A program made the position numbers and the translations under genes. The notes under the pieces are model-generated. The model saw only the letters and a program-made list of their open reading frames with translations, ran no database searches and was not told the DNA's origin. Of a stretch of 55,362 nucleotides of DNA, positions 28,532-39,200 are shown in pieces. Within the stretch, counting starts at the first letter, position 1. Each line of letters opens with the position of its first letter. The stretch covers positions 1-55,362 of the forward strand of contig CAZBIB010000002.1 in assembly GCA_964491575.1 (NCBI GenBank), written 5' to 3'. Source of the stretch: an uncultured Salinivenus sp. Its GTDB lineage: Bacteria; Bacteroidota; Rhodothermia; Rhodothermales; Salinibacteraceae.

Positions 28532-30181
28532 CTACGCATCGGTATTCGCTTGTCTCTGAGCAGCGGGCATGTCGGGGCCAAGCTCGTCGTAGTTGTACGC
28601 CTCGGTGGTGACGACCGGCATCTCTTCGAAGTTTTCAGGGTCGGGGGGAGACGCAGTTGTCCATTCCAGCCCGGCGGCATTCCAGGGATTAGGCCCCGCC
28701 TTCTTTCCGTACTTCAGCGACCAGAGCAGGTAGAAGAGCGGGAGCACGTACGCGACGGCCAGGATGGACGCACCGAGGGTCGAGGCCACGTGCAGGGTCT
28801 GGAACTCGGCCGGGTACGTGGCATAGCGGCGCGGCATCCCCAAATAGCCCAGAATGTACTGCGGGAAGAAGGTCAGATTGAATCCAAAAAAGATGAGCAC
28901 GGCAGCGGCAATTCCCCACCCCTCCGGGTACATCCGGCCGGTAATCTTGGGCCACCAAAAGTGCAGTCCCCCGAAGTAGGCCGTCACCATGCCGCCCACC
29001 ATGATGTAGTGGAAGTGCGCGACGACGAAATACGTATCGTGCACGTGCACATCGACGGCTAGGGACGCCAGGAACAGGCCCGTAAGTCCTCCGCCCACGA
29101 AGAGCCCGATAAAGCTGAGCGCGTACAGCATAGGCGTTTTAAAGTAGATGTAGCCCTTGTGGAGAGTGGCGGTCCAGTTAAACACCTTCACGGCAGAGGG
29201 GATGGCGACCAGGAAGCTCAGGATGGAAAAGACCATTCCGGCATAGGCGGACTGTCCGGAGACGAACATGTGATGGCCCCACACCAGGAAGCCGAAGACG
29301 GCAATAGCAATGCTGGAAAACGCGATAAACAGGTAGCCGAACACCCGCTTTCGGGAGAAGCAGGTGATGAGCTCGCTGACGACCCCCATGCCGGGCAGAA
29401 TCATGATGTAGACGGCGGGGTGCGAGTAGAACCAGAACAGGTGCTGGAACAGGAGCGGATCTCCACCGAGGGCCGGGTCGAAGATGCCCACGCCGAGGAT
29501 GCGCTCGGCGGCAATCAAGAGCAGGGCGATGCTGAGCACGGGCGTGGCCAGCAGCTGAATCACGCTCGTCGCATAATTGGACCAGACGAACAGCGGCAGT
29601 CGCATCCACGTGAGGCCGGGTGCGCGCATCGTATGGGTGGTGACGATGAAGTTGAGGCCCGTCAGGATCGACGAGAAGCCCATGACGAAAATACCCGTCA
29701 CCACGAGAATCACGTGGGTCTGGGAGAAGGACGTGCTGTAGGGAGTGTAGAAGGTCCACCCAGTATCCACGCCGCCCAGGATGATGGTGGCAAGAGTAAA
29801 AATCCCGCCGATCATGAAGATGTACCAGCTCGCCAGGTTCAGCTTGGGAAAGGCCAGGTCCTTCGCCCCGAGCATCATTGGCATCAGAAAGTTGCCCAGG
29901 GTCGTTGGGATCGAGGGAATCAGGAAAAACCAGACCATGACGATCCCGTGGATCGTGAAGAGCCGGTTGTACACGTCGCCGGACACGAGATTGCTCGGAG
30001 GGGTGAGTAGCTCCAGGCGCACCAGCGTGGCGGCGATGCCCCCGATCGCAAAAAACAGAGTGATCGAGAACAGATACAGCAGCCCGATGCGCTTGTGGTC
30101 CGTGGTCAGTAGCCACGACTTCAGGCTGTAGTCCACGTTCAGGTAGGTTGTGCGCTCGGTAGTGGCGGGAGATGAGCTCAT
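28532..30181 (-). CDS. ctaD: Cytochrome c oxidase subunit I, A2-type heme-copper oxidase
   Basis: [21 protein letters not shown] (YS motif of A2 type), WGHHMF, VAHFHY, K-channel Lys in PSAVKVF. Confidence 0.97.
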   Translation of the reverse strand: MSSSPATTERTTYLNVDYSLKSWLLTTDHKRIGLLYLFSITLFFAIGGIAATLVRLELLTPPSNLVSGDVYNRLFTIHGIVMVWFFLIPSIPTTLGNFLMPMMLGAKDLAFPKLNLASWYIFMIGGIFTLATIILGGVDTGWTFYTPYSTSFSQTHVILVVTGIFVMGFSSILTGLNFIVTTHTMRAPGLTWMRLPLFVWSNYATSVIQLLATPVLSIALLLIAAERILGVGIFDPALGGDPLLFQHLFWFYSHPAVYIMILPGMGVVSELITCFSRKRVFGYLFIAFSSIAIAVFGFLVWGHHMFVSGQSAYAGMVFSILSFLVAIPSAVKVFNWTATLHKGYIYFKTPMLYALSFIGLFVGGGLTGLFLASLAVDVHVHDTYFVVAHFHYIMVGGMVTAYFGGLHFWWPKITGRMYPEGWGIAAAVLIFFGFNLTFFPQYILGYLGMPRRYATYPAEFQTLHVASTLGASILAVAYVLPLFYLLWSLKYGKKAGPNPWNAAGLEWTTASPPDPENFEEMPVVTTEAYNYDELGPDMPAAQRQANTDA

Positions 30182-30235
30182 TGCGATCGTAGGGCGTGTC
30201 TCCGAATGGGAGCTGTGATCTTCGCGTTACGGGTC

Positions 30236-31315
30236 CTACTCGGGCGATTGTGACTCTGGCGATTGCGAGGCCTGATCGTTGCTCAGCGACTTGAGGTAGG
30301 CGATGAGGTGCATCAACTCCTCTTCCTGAATGCGCCCCTTGTAGGGGGGCATGACTGCAGGATAGCCCTGCGCCAGTTTGTTCTGCGGATAGAGGATCGA
30401 CTCACGGAGGTATTGCTCGTCGACCACGAGTTCTCGCCCGTTGTCGAGCGTGATTGTGCTGCCGTAGAGTCCTTCGAGTGCAGGGCCGGTCCTCGGGCGG
30501 AGCGCTGTTGAATCGACGCGATGACAGGTGTTGCACTGCAGGTCTTGAAACAGGGCCCGGCCGGCCGAGACGATGTCCGTGGCTTGCTCCGCAGGCTGTT
30601 GCGGCTGTCGGCCTGGCTGTGCCTGGGCGCCGCTCGGTGTGCGTTCGGCCCGCCCGGTGCGAGGCTCAGTCGGGGTATCGCCTGCTTCTCCCTCCTCAAG
30701 CCACTCCTGGTATTCGTCGCGCGTCATCACGTGAACGGAGCCTTCCATATTGGAGTGCTCCGTGCCACAGTATTCTGCGCAGAACAAGTGATATTCTCCT
30801 GTTTGTGTGGCCTCAAACCAGGTATTGACGTAGTTGCCAGGCAGGACATCCTGTTTGACCCGAAAGGCAGGCAGGAAGAGGCTGTGGATGACGTCCTGCG
30901 AGGTCATTGTGAGCTTGACGGGCCGCCCGACAGGGACGTGCAGGGTGTTGATTTCGCGGGTCCCGTTCGGATGCTGAAACTTCCACATCCACTGCTTGCC
31001 GGTGACGTAAACCTCGAGCGCATCCCCCCGCGGCATCTTCTTGATGTCGAAGTACGTCGCCGCTGCCCAGATAAACATCCCGATGGAGAGGAAAAGCGGA
31101 ATGACCATCCAGGTGACCTCGAGCGTCGTGTTCGATGAGACGGGATTGCTTCGGTCGGCGGACGCACCGTGTCGGTACTTGACCGCAAAATAGAGGAGTG
31201 CGCCCCCCACGCCGAGGGCAATGATGCCGCTCAGGGCAATCAACACGAAGTACACCGCGTCGACCCGATGGGCAATCGTGGACGCCTGCTCTGGGATGAG
31301 TTCAAAGTTCCACAT
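30236..31315 (-). CDS. ctaC: Cytochrome c oxidase subunit II with fused cytochrome c (caa3)
   Basis: DVIHS and CAEYCGTEHSNM CuA site; C-terminal CNTCH heme c motif with MPPY. Confidence 0.96.
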   Translation of the reverse strand: MWNFELIPEQASTIAHRVDAVYFVLIALSGIIALGVGGALLYFAVKYRHGASADRSNPVSSNTTLEVTWMVIPLFLSIGMFIWAAATYFDIKKMPRGDALEVYVTGKQWMWKFQHPNGTREINTLHVPVGRPVKLTMTSQDVIHSLFLPAFRVKQDVLPGNYVNTWFEATQTGEYHLFCAEYCGTEHSNMEGSVHVMTRDEYQEWLEEGEAGDTPTEPRTGRAERTPSGAQAQPGRQPQQPAEQATDIVSAGRALFQDLQCNTCHRVDSTALRPRTGPALEGLYGSTITLDNGRELVVDEQYLRESILYPQNKLAQGYPAVMPPYKGRIQEEELMHLIAYLKSLSNDQASQSPESQSPE

Positions 31316-31330
31316 AACGAGAAACGAGGA

Positions 31331-32056
31331 TTACTGATTGGGTGCAGGGCGGAGCACATCCGTGCTGTCTGTCACCCGGGGGATCCAGTTGGGGAGTTGA
31401 CCGCTGGTATCGGCCAAGGCCCGCCGGATTGGAGAGGTTGGAACGAAGGGCTCGGGGCTGCCTCCCAGATACGCCGGCGCCGAGGGGGGAGGCGGCCCGC
31501 GTTTCTCCCAGGCAAATCCGGATTCGGAGATGACGCGGTGCACGCTGTCGGCCTGGGCCGCAGTGTCGTAGGGCAGGCCGCGCTCGGCCACGAGGGCCAT
31601 TGCCTGCTGAATGGGGATGTGCACCACGTCGCGACTGCGATTTACCCAGCCGTAGGAGTGCAGCCGTTCGTTGGTGCGACGGTGCAGCTGAGCCAGGTCC
31701 ACAGCCGGATCGTGCTGCAGGCGGGGCGGAGGCGGGACGCGCTCCTCGTCGGCAAAGCGTGAGGGCGTTACCTCTTCGGGCTGGTCGAACCACCAGTACA
31801 GTCCCACAATCCCGACCAGACACACGCCGATCAATACGAGCAGTCCCACGCTGAAGGCGATCACGCCGCGCACGTCGGTGTCCGTCGATGGCTCGTGGCC
31901 CCGGTCGATGCTCGACTGCAGCCCGTTCGACTCCTCCGCATCGGTGGAGCGCCACCGGTACCAGAGCCAGAAGGCCAGGAGGCTACCCAGCACCGTCCAC
32001 CAGTGACGGGAGGAGTCGTTCGAATCGTCGGGAGATGTGTTGGGAGGAGGGCTCAC
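31331..32056 (-). CDS. ACIII-associated membrane protein (ActG position)
   Basis: GTG at 32056 overlaps the actF TGA (GTGA). TM helix followed by PPPPRLQxxPxxDL...SYGWV...HIPIQQAM, the kind of protein that follows actF in many ACIII-caa3 operons. Confidence 0.7.
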   Translation of the reverse strand: MSPPPNTSPDDSNDSSRHWWTVLGSLLAFWLWYRWRSTDAEESNGLQSSIDRGHEPSTDTDVRGVIAFSVGLLVLIGVCLVGIVGLYWWFDQPEEVTPSRFADEERVPPPPRLQHDPAVDLAQLHRRTNERLHSYGWVNRSRDVVHIPIQQAMALVAERGLPYDTAAQADSVHRVISESGFAWEKRGPPPPSAPAYLGGSPEPFVPTSPIRRALADTSGQLPNWIPRVTDSTDVLRPAPNQ

Positions 32057-33246
32057 GACTCGTTCGGGGACGTCGGGTTCAGAGGAAGTTCGTAGCGGGG
32101 ATCGTTTTTCAGGAACGTCGGCTGCCGGCGCAGTCCCCAGGCAAAGACCGCGGCCCAGGCCCCGCCCATTCCCACAAAGGTGACGGCAGCGATCCAGTAG
32201 GCGTGGATGGAGGCGTCCGGAAACGACGGCAACACCAGCCAGGCGACGAAGAGAACGTGTACGACCAGCACGAGACCGGCCAGTCCCGCAAGTGCTCGCG
32301 CGCTGCGCTTGGTGCGCCGAGACAGCAGCACGAGAAATGGACCGACGAAGTGGAAGAGGATGAGGAAGGGGGCGACCCATCCCCATCCGCCGCCCTGTCG
32401 CTCCACGTACCACCGGATGTCCTCGGGGATGTTGCCCGACCACATGATGAGGAACTGTACGAACATCATGTAGGCCCAGAGGATGACGAAGGTCAAAATC
32501 AGGTTGCCGTAGTCGTGGAAGTGTTTGACCTTCACCTGCTCGTCCAGGGGGGACGTATGGCGTGCGGCCGCCAGCACGATGACGGTCACGGCGAGAGCAG
32601 TGAGTCCCTGACTAACCGTCAGCAGCCAGCCGAAGACCGTCGAGAACCAGTGCGGATCGAGGGACATGATCCAGTCGGTCGAGGCGAATGTGACGAGCAG
32701 GATGTGGACGACCAGCCCGCCGGCCCCGAGGCGTCGGAGGCGCACCGCATAGGCAGGGTCGCCGGTTTCGTCCAGGCGAATGGACCACCGCCGCAGGAAA
32801 TAGGCAATGCCGCCCCAGATCACAAAGTAGAAGACGGCGCGGATCAAGAAGAACGGGACGTTCAGGTACGGCTTTTTGTGCTGGAGGACCGGGCTTTCAG
32901 CGACCACCTCGGCGTGGGTCCACTCGTAGAGGTGGTGCAGTCCAAAGGCGAGCGGGATGAACAGCACCGCCGCGAGTCCAACGGTGAGGGCGCCGGCCTC
33001 CAGAATGCGCTGGGTGACGTAGCCCCACGCGCCCACCACGAGGTGATGCAGAAGGAGCACTCCCAGGAAACCCAGCGAGAGGCCGCTCCAGAACACGAAG
33101 GCAGTTAGATACCCGCGGAAGAAGGGCTCCGCGCTCACCAGCAGTCCGGCGATGGCAGCCAGCGCTCCCACTGCGGCAGCACCCGCTCCGAGCCGCTGCA
33201 TCCGCTGCAGCGATCCGTCGAATGTTGTCGAGGTCCGTTGTGTCAT
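32053..33246 (-). CDS. actF: Alternative complex III membrane subunit ActF
   Basis: About 10 TM segments; DWIMSLDPHWFSTVFG, HDYGNLILTFVILWAY, IMWSGNIPED..WY. Confidence 0.92.
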   Translation of the reverse strand: MTQRTSTTFDGSLQRMQRLGAGAAAVGALAAIAGLLVSAEPFFRGYLTAFVFWSGLSLGFLGVLLLHHLVVGAWGYVTQRILEAGALTVGLAAVLFIPLAFGLHHLYEWTHAEVVAESPVLQHKKPYLNVPFFLIRAVFYFVIWGGIAYFLRRWSIRLDETGDPAYAVRLRRLGAGGLVVHILLVTFASTDWIMSLDPHWFSTVFGWLLTVSQGLTALAVTVIVLAAARHTSPLDEQVKVKHFHDYGNLILTFVILWAYMMFVQFLIMWSGNIPEDIRWYVERQGGGWGWVAPFLILFHFVGPFLVLLSRRTKRSARALAGLAGLVLVVHVLFVAWLVLPSFPDASIHAYWIAAVTFVGMGGAWAAVFAWGLRRQPTFLKNDPRYELPLNPTSPNES

Positions 33247-33839
33247 GGCTGGACAGTTCCCAGGTCAGTGCGTTTGTTGGGCGGCACGGCGTCCGGTGTG
33301 GCATGCTGGCTCAACTGGAGGGCACGAATGTACGCCGCAATGGCCCATCGATCATTTCGGGACGTGCGGTTGGCGTAGCTGTACATGGCCCCGAATCCGT
33401 TTGTCATCACGTCGTAGAAGTGGCTGAGTGGCGCGTTGCGGAGGCGCTCGGTGTGAAACGACGGCGGATAGCGAAGGCCCCGCTGAGCGACCATCCCACG
33501 TCCGTCCCCCACACGGCTGTGACAGGGCGAGCAGTAGACGTTGAACTGTTGCTGTCCACGCTCCAGGACCTCCTCCGTTACGGGAAACGGCATCGTCCGG
33601 CCCTGCCCCGCCGCAGTGTCAGACTCATATATCGGGACTTGATCCCCGTAGCGAACGCCGCTCCGCGAGACGACCCCCTCTTCGATCGGGCGTGCCGATA
33701 GGCTGTCCCGGAAAAACAGGCTCCGCTCGTACGCCTCGTAGCGTGGGGTATCAGACATCTTCTGCCGGCACCCCAGGGCGAGGAATACCGCGAGCAGTGC
33801 AATAAATATCAATGATTGGGTTAAGGATTCATTTTTCAT
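33243..33839 (-). CDS. actE: Alternative complex III monoheme cytochrome c lipoprotein ActE
   Basis: Lipobox LALGC-RQKM, CSPCH, NGFGAMYSY, DRWAIAAYIRALQ. Confidence 0.92.
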   Translation of the reverse strand: MKNESLTQSLIFIALLAVFLALGCRQKMSDTPRYEAYERSLFFRDSLSARPIEEGVVSRSGVRYGDQVPIYESDTAAGQGRTMPFPVTEEVLERGQQQFNVYCSPCHSRVGDGRGMVAQRGLRYPPSFHTERLRNAPLSHFYDVMTNGFGAMYSYANRTSRNDRWAIAAYIRALQLSQHATPDAVPPNKRTDLGTVQP

Positions 33840-34034
33840 TTTTTCATTTAATCATTTGTCATTGTGGTAGGATTAAAGAAATCAGTTATAAGGTGATTTT
33901 AAATTTTAACTGATAGATATCAAGTAAATATAAAGGGCGATTAAAATATGACAAACTTAAATACTAAAGTAAAGACTAGAAATATATTATAAAAAATAGA
34001 AAATAAATGACAAATGAAAAAATGACAAATGAAA
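33828..34034. repeat. AT-rich insert with inverted (TCATTT/AAATGA) 7-8 bp repeat arms
   Basis: Left arm has TCATT at 33829, 33836, 33844, 33852 and 33859; right arm has AATGA at 34006, 34013, 34021 and 34028; internal inverted repeat ATCAGTTA/TAACTGAT. Confidence 0.85.
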
Positions 34035-34042
34035 GCAGTTAT

Positions 34043-34606
34043 TCAAGATTCAACGACGTGAACGGTTATCGGCTGCTGCTCCTGAAGAAAGCTCTCGGTG
34101 TCGTCCCGATCGAAACGGTCGTCTGCCGCCTCGATGCAGAGGAAGAACCGATCCTGGGTTGCACGGGCGAACGAAGGGACGTTAAATGCTGGATGGTAGA
34201 GCTTAGGAAGACCGTTCAGCGCGAGCATGCCAATGAGGGCGGCGAAGGTGGCGAACAAGACGCTCACTTCGAAGGTGATGGGGATAAAGGCCGGCCAGCT
34301 GTGGAGGGGGCGCCCGCCCACGTTCAGCGGGTAGCCGATGACGTTGGCATACCACATCATAAAGTACGCACCTCCTCCCCCTACGAGGCCTCCGATGAGC
34401 ACGATGAGCGGCACTCGGTTGCGGTGAAACCCAATCGCGTCGGGCAGTCCCTTGACCGGGAAGGGAGTGTAGGCATCGAGATGGGTGTATCCGGCGTCCC
34501 TGGCCGCGTGGGCTGCTTCGAGGAGCGCCTCGGGATGCTCGAACTCTGCCATCAGGCCGTGGACCGGCCGATCGGTCGCCTCGCTATGGTCTGTGTGATC
34601 GGCCAT
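34043..34606 (-). CDS. actD: Alternative complex III subunit ActD (DUF3341)
   Basis: GLMAEFEHPE, DAYTPFPV.GL, YPLNVGGRPLHSWPAFIPITFE; start trimmed to ATG 34606. Confidence 0.93.
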   Translation of the reverse strand: MADHTDHSEATDRPVHGLMAEFEHPEALLEAAHAARDAGYTHLDAYTPFPVKGLPDAIGFHRNRVPLIVLIGGLVGGGGAYFMMWYANVIGYPLNVGGRPLHSWPAFIPITFEVSVLFATFAALIGMLALNGLPKLYHPAFNVPSFARATQDRFFLCIEAADDRFDRDDTESFLQEQQPITVHVVES

Positions 34607-34607
34607 G

Positions 34608-36083
34608 TCAGGATTGCGTGTTCTGTTCGGTGTATGGAGACCCGGTCGGCGACGCCTCGAGCCGCTTGATGTGGGCATGTTCGCTCTCCGTTTCTCCTTC
34701 CACCGTTTCGTGGATGAGTTCGCGCATCTCCGACATCGAGATCATCGGCACGAAGCGGATGAAGAGGAACATCAACATTATGAAGAGGCCGAGCGTCCCG
34801 AGGTAGGTGGCCCAGTCCCAGAACGTGCCGGCAAACATGCCCCACGAGGACGGCAGGTAGTCGCGGTGCAGGCTCGTCACGACGATCATGTAGCGTTCGA
34901 GCCACATGCCTATGTTGACGAAGATTGAGACGACCCACAGCACCCACAGGTTGTGGCGTACGCGCCGAAACCAGAGCGCCTGGATGATGAGTAGATTGCA
35001 GGCAATGATGATCCAGAACACGTGGGCGTAGGGCCCCACCATCCGGTTGGCCATCATGTACATCTCGAACTCGCTCCCGCTGTACCAGGCGTAAAAGGCC
35101 TCATTGATGTAGCCGTAGCTGGTGATGAGACCAGTGGCCAGCATCACCTTTGCACACATGTCGAGATGCCGCATTGTGACCATGCTCTGCAGCCCGTAGA
35201 GCTTGCGGATGGGGATGATGAGCGTGAGCACCATGGCAAACCCCGAAAAGATGGCTCCCGCCACGAAGTAGGGGGGAAAGATGGTGGTATGCCAGCCGGG
35301 AACGATGGCTACGGCGAAGTCGAGGCCCACGATGCTGTGGACGGAGACGACGAGCGGCGTCGCGAGACCGGCCATCAGAAGGTAGGCCGTCTGGTAGCGG
35401 TGCCAGTGCTTGGCGGAGCCCCGCCAGCCGAGCGACAGGAAGCCAAAGACGACCTGGCTGACTCTGTTTTTGGCTCGGTCGCGGATGGTCGCCAGATCGG
35501 GCACGAGCCCGACGTACCAGAAGATGAGCGACACGGTGCCGTAGGTGAGAACGGCGAAGACATCCCAGACGAGTGGGCTCCGAAACTGTGGCCACATCCA
35601 CATGGTGTTCGGGTAGGGAAGGATGTAGTAAAACAGCCACGGGCGGCCGAGGTGAAGCAGCGGGAACAGGCCGGCGCACGCCACAGCAAAGAGCGTCATC
35701 GCCTCTGCAAATCGGTTGATCGACGTGCGCCAGTTCTGTCGCATGAGCAGCAGGATCGCCGAGATGAGCGTCCCGGCGTGGCCAATTCCGATCCACCACA
35801 CAAAGTTGATGATGGCAAAGCCCCAGGCTACCGGAATGTTGACGCCCCAGATGCCCACGCCCACCGCGAGCAGGTAGGTGATCGCAAAGAGCAGCAGCAG
35901 CGTCAGCCCAAATCCAACGGCGAAGACGGGCCACCATACCTTCCACGGGTGGCGCTGACCGAGCACGATGCCGCCAATCTTCTGCGTCACCGTGTCATAC
36001 GTCTGGTCGGGTGTGACGACCGGCGCGTCGGCCCCCATGAGCAGGTCCTCTCGGGTTTGTTGTTCGGCCGTTTTCTCCGGCAT
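34608..36083 (-). CDS. actC: Alternative complex III quinol-oxidising subunit ActC (NrfD family)
   Basis: NFVWWIGIGHAGTLISAIL, RFAEAMT, HLGRPW, SPLVWD, SVHSIVGLDFA, GWHTTIFPPYFVAGAIFSG. Confidence 0.95.
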   Translation of the reverse strand: MPEKTAEQQTREDLLMGADAPVVTPDQTYDTVTQKIGGIVLGQRHPWKVWWPVFAVGFGLTLLLLFAITYLLAVGVGIWGVNIPVAWGFAIINFVWWIGIGHAGTLISAILLLMRQNWRTSINRFAEAMTLFAVACAGLFPLLHLGRPWLFYYILPYPNTMWMWPQFRSPLVWDVFAVLTYGTVSLIFWYVGLVPDLATIRDRAKNRVSQVVFGFLSLGWRGSAKHWHRYQTAYLLMAGLATPLVVSVHSIVGLDFAVAIVPGWHTTIFPPYFVAGAIFSGFAMVLTLIIPIRKLYGLQSMVTMRHLDMCAKVMLATGLITSYGYINEAFYAWYSGSEFEMYMMANRMVGPYAHVFWIIIACNLLIIQALWFRRVRHNLWVLWVVSIFVNIGMWLERYMIVVTSLHRDYLPSSWGMFAGTFWDWATYLGTLGLFIMLMFLFIRFVPMISMSEMRELIHETVEGETESEHAHIKRLEASPTGSPYTEQNTQS

Positions 36084-36259
36084 AGCTCGTCCGATGTTTG
36101 GGGATGATTATAGTCTTACGTACTGTCTTGCGTACTGGCGTGTGGGAAGAGAGAAGTGCAATCCCTTGATGCTCAGGCTCTTACTCGCCCACACGTCGAG
36201 GTCAGGGCTTCACGAAAGTGCTTCGAGAGCTGCCTCTCTCTGGGGGAGACGAGCGGTCG

Positions 36260-39200
36260 TCACGGGCTATCGTCCAGCACCTCCAGCTCGTCGACCTCCA
36301 CTTCGATCTTTTCTTTGTCTCCAATGTAACCTCCCTTGGGCTCGAGCTCGGGCACCTCGGCGTTGGGATTGTGGAAGTGGGCGAGATACGTGGTGCGAGG
36401 GCGTGTGCCCAGCTCGGCGAGAAGGCCGTAGTTGTGAGGTTCATCCTTTAACTGCTTGACCTGCGTGTCGTCGTTGATGTCGCCAAACACGATGGCGTCG
36501 GTCGGGCAGGCCGTCTGGCAGGCCGTCATCACCTCGCCGTCGCGGATCTCGCGATCTTCCTTCTTGGCCCGGGTGCGGGCTGCGTTGATGCGCTGCTGGC
36601 AGTAGGTGCACTTCTCCATCACGCCCCGGCTGCGCACCGTCACGTCCGGGTTGTGCTGCAGCTTGTCGAGCTCTTGGTCCCAGTTGTCATCCCAACCGTT
36701 CTCGTTCCACTCCAGAAAATTGAACCGACGCACCTTGTAGGGGCAGTTGTTCGAGCAGTAGCGCGTCCCGATGCAGCGGTTGTACACCATCACGTTCAGT
36801 CCCTCGTCGTCGTGCACAGTGGCTGCCACCGGACAGACCACCTCGCACGGCGCGTTCTCGCAGTGCATGCAGGGGACGGGCTGGAAGTAGGTGTCCGGGT
36901 TGTCGAGGTCGCCTTTATAGTAGCGGTCCACGCGCAGCCAGTGCATCTCGCGTCCCGCCTCCACCTGCTCTTTGCCCACGACGGGGATGTTGTTTTCCGC
37001 CTGGCAGGCGGTGATGCAGGCGTTGCATCCGATGCACGTGTTGGTGTCGATGGACATGCCCCACTCGTAGCCTTCGTAGTCCTCCTCGTCTGGATCTGGG
37101 TAGAGGGAAGGAGGTTCGGGCTCCGGGTAGAGCGAAGGGAGTTCCCCATGATGCCCGCCCTCGTGCACGAAGTCGGGGTTCTTGCGGAAGTGCTCGATGG
37201 GGGCTTCCCGAACGAGCTCCCGCCCTTCCATGCTGTGATGATGCTGGGTGCTCACGAGGTTGTACGTTTCGCCGGTCTTGCGGAGGGTAACGCCGCTGAG
37301 AGACCACGGGGAGCGAGAGGAGCGGAGCGCATAGGCGTCGAAGCCCACGCCGTCGCCCACGCGCCCGGCCTGCGGACGGCCGTGCCCGAGGTAGAGCGTT
37401 GCCGTCCCGTCGGAGTGGCCGGGGACGATCCACACACCGGCGGTGACCGCGTGCTCGCCGTGCTGGAGCTCTACCATGTCCCTGTTGTCCAGATCGAATC
37501 GCTCCGCCGTGTCCGGACTGATGAGCGCGGCGTTGTCCCAGACGAGTTTCGTCACAGGCTTGGGCAGCTCCTGCAGCCATCCGTTGTTGGCGAAGCGCCC
37601 GTCCCAGAGCGATGGGTCGGGGCGGAAGACCACCTCCACGGTGCCGTCCTCGGGCGTTGCCGGAGCGGCCGCGGCGTCGGACGTGTCTGTGGGGGAGGGC
37701 TGCGTCGTGTCCGCGACCGCGGTGGTGTCGGCGGGCTGGCGGTCGAGCCGGATGGGCTCCGGGCGGTGGCGTTCGTCGAGCTCGTCGAAGCGGATGCCGC
37801 CGATGCGCACCGAGGCATCTTCCTCCTCGGCAGTGATCCCCGTTCCCGGCACGACACCGTCTTTGAGACTCTGCTCCCAGAAGGCCTCGAACCGATCGCC
37901 GGTGTACTGCTCTTGCCAGTACTGCCGCACGAGCACGTGACTCGACGTACCGGAGCGACCGTTCAGCACGGCAAGCACCTCGTGCCTGGAACGGCACGCC
38001 TCGAAGAGCTTCCCAATGAGCGGCTGAATGATGCTGGCCGTGCCGTCGAAGGCGCGGGCGTCGCTCCACGTCTCCAGGTAGTGCCTCTTCGGGATGTGCC
38101 ATACGCACTCGCGCGAAGTCGCGTCCACCGTGCGGCTCAGGTGAACCGACGTGGAGACGTCTCGCAGGTGGCGGGCGAATGGCACGTCGGCGGGGGCGGT
38201 GTAGGCGGGATTGCCGCCCAGGATGACCAGCGTGTCCACCTCGCCGGCGGCCATGTCGTCGGTCAGTGCGCGCAGGGACGCGTGGTGGTTCTCCGGCCGC
38301 GCCTCCACGGGCTCGACGTATTCGACCGAGGTGCCCACCGCACCCAGCGCTTCGTTCAACCGGTGGACCAGCGCGTGCACCGAGGCCGGCATTGCGGGGC
38401 CGGCGGTGACGAGCGCGGTGCCCCGGTGGGCCTCCAGGTCGCTTGCGAGGGCGTCCACCCACTCGGAGCGCTCCGCAGAGAGATCGGTCGCTTTTTCTCC
38501 CTCCAGCCCCAGCCGTTGTGCGACGGCGCGGACAATTGACTCAAGCTCGCTCGGACGCGTGGGCAGGCGGTGATCCGCCATGCCGCCCGTGATGGTTCGC
38601 GAGCTCTCGGCCATGTAGAGTCGGTTCATGTCAGTTTCCCCCTCGCGCACCCGGCGTCGCTCGGCAAAATCGCTGGCGTAGTGCACGCTGCCGGGCCGGG
38701 TCAGCAAAAAGTCGTCGTCGAGACTGAAAACCACCTCTGCCTCGTCAAAGTGGTAGACGGCCTGGCGGAATTGCCCGCGGACTTGGCGGATCCCTTCGCG
38801 CTCGGCGTCGCGAGCGGTGGGCTCGTACTGGTGCCACTGGGCTTCGGGAAAGGTGTCGAGCAGCGTGCGGAGCTGAGCGGCCAGCGTGGGGGAGGTCACT
38901 CTGCCCGTCAGCACGCGCAGGCCGCGCCCCCCGGTCTGCTGCCAGCGTTGCCGCTCCTGCTGTAGGGCCTGCACGAATGTCGTTCCCGTGCTGATGCCTC
39001 CCCGATGCAGGACGTTCTCCGAACGGTCTGGGTCGTAAAGGTCGAGCACGGAGCCCTGCATGAAGGTGTTGGTTCCGCCGAGGCTGGCCGGATGATCGGG
39101 ATTGCCCTCAATCTTGGTGGGCCGCCCCATGTGGCTTTCAGCGATCAGGCCCTGAGCATAGCCTGCCAGGGGAAAGGAGGTGGCGAAGAAGAGCGGCTTT

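Noticed and set aside
31331-32443. 370 aa ORF as given in the track
   Set aside because: The first 129 codons overlap actF; a GTG coupled to the actF stop at 32056 is more plausible.
33828-34034. CRISPR array or leader interpretation of the AT-rich repeat region
   Set aside because: The units are 7-8 bp without unique spacers, and no cas genes are present.
36653-38539. Long antisense or alternate-frame ORFs (e.g. 628 aa at 36653+, 649 aa at 22661+, 515 aa at 36915-, 474 aa at 19254+)
   Set aside because: They are shadow ORFs of well-supported genes, expected from high-GC codon bias, and have no family motifs.
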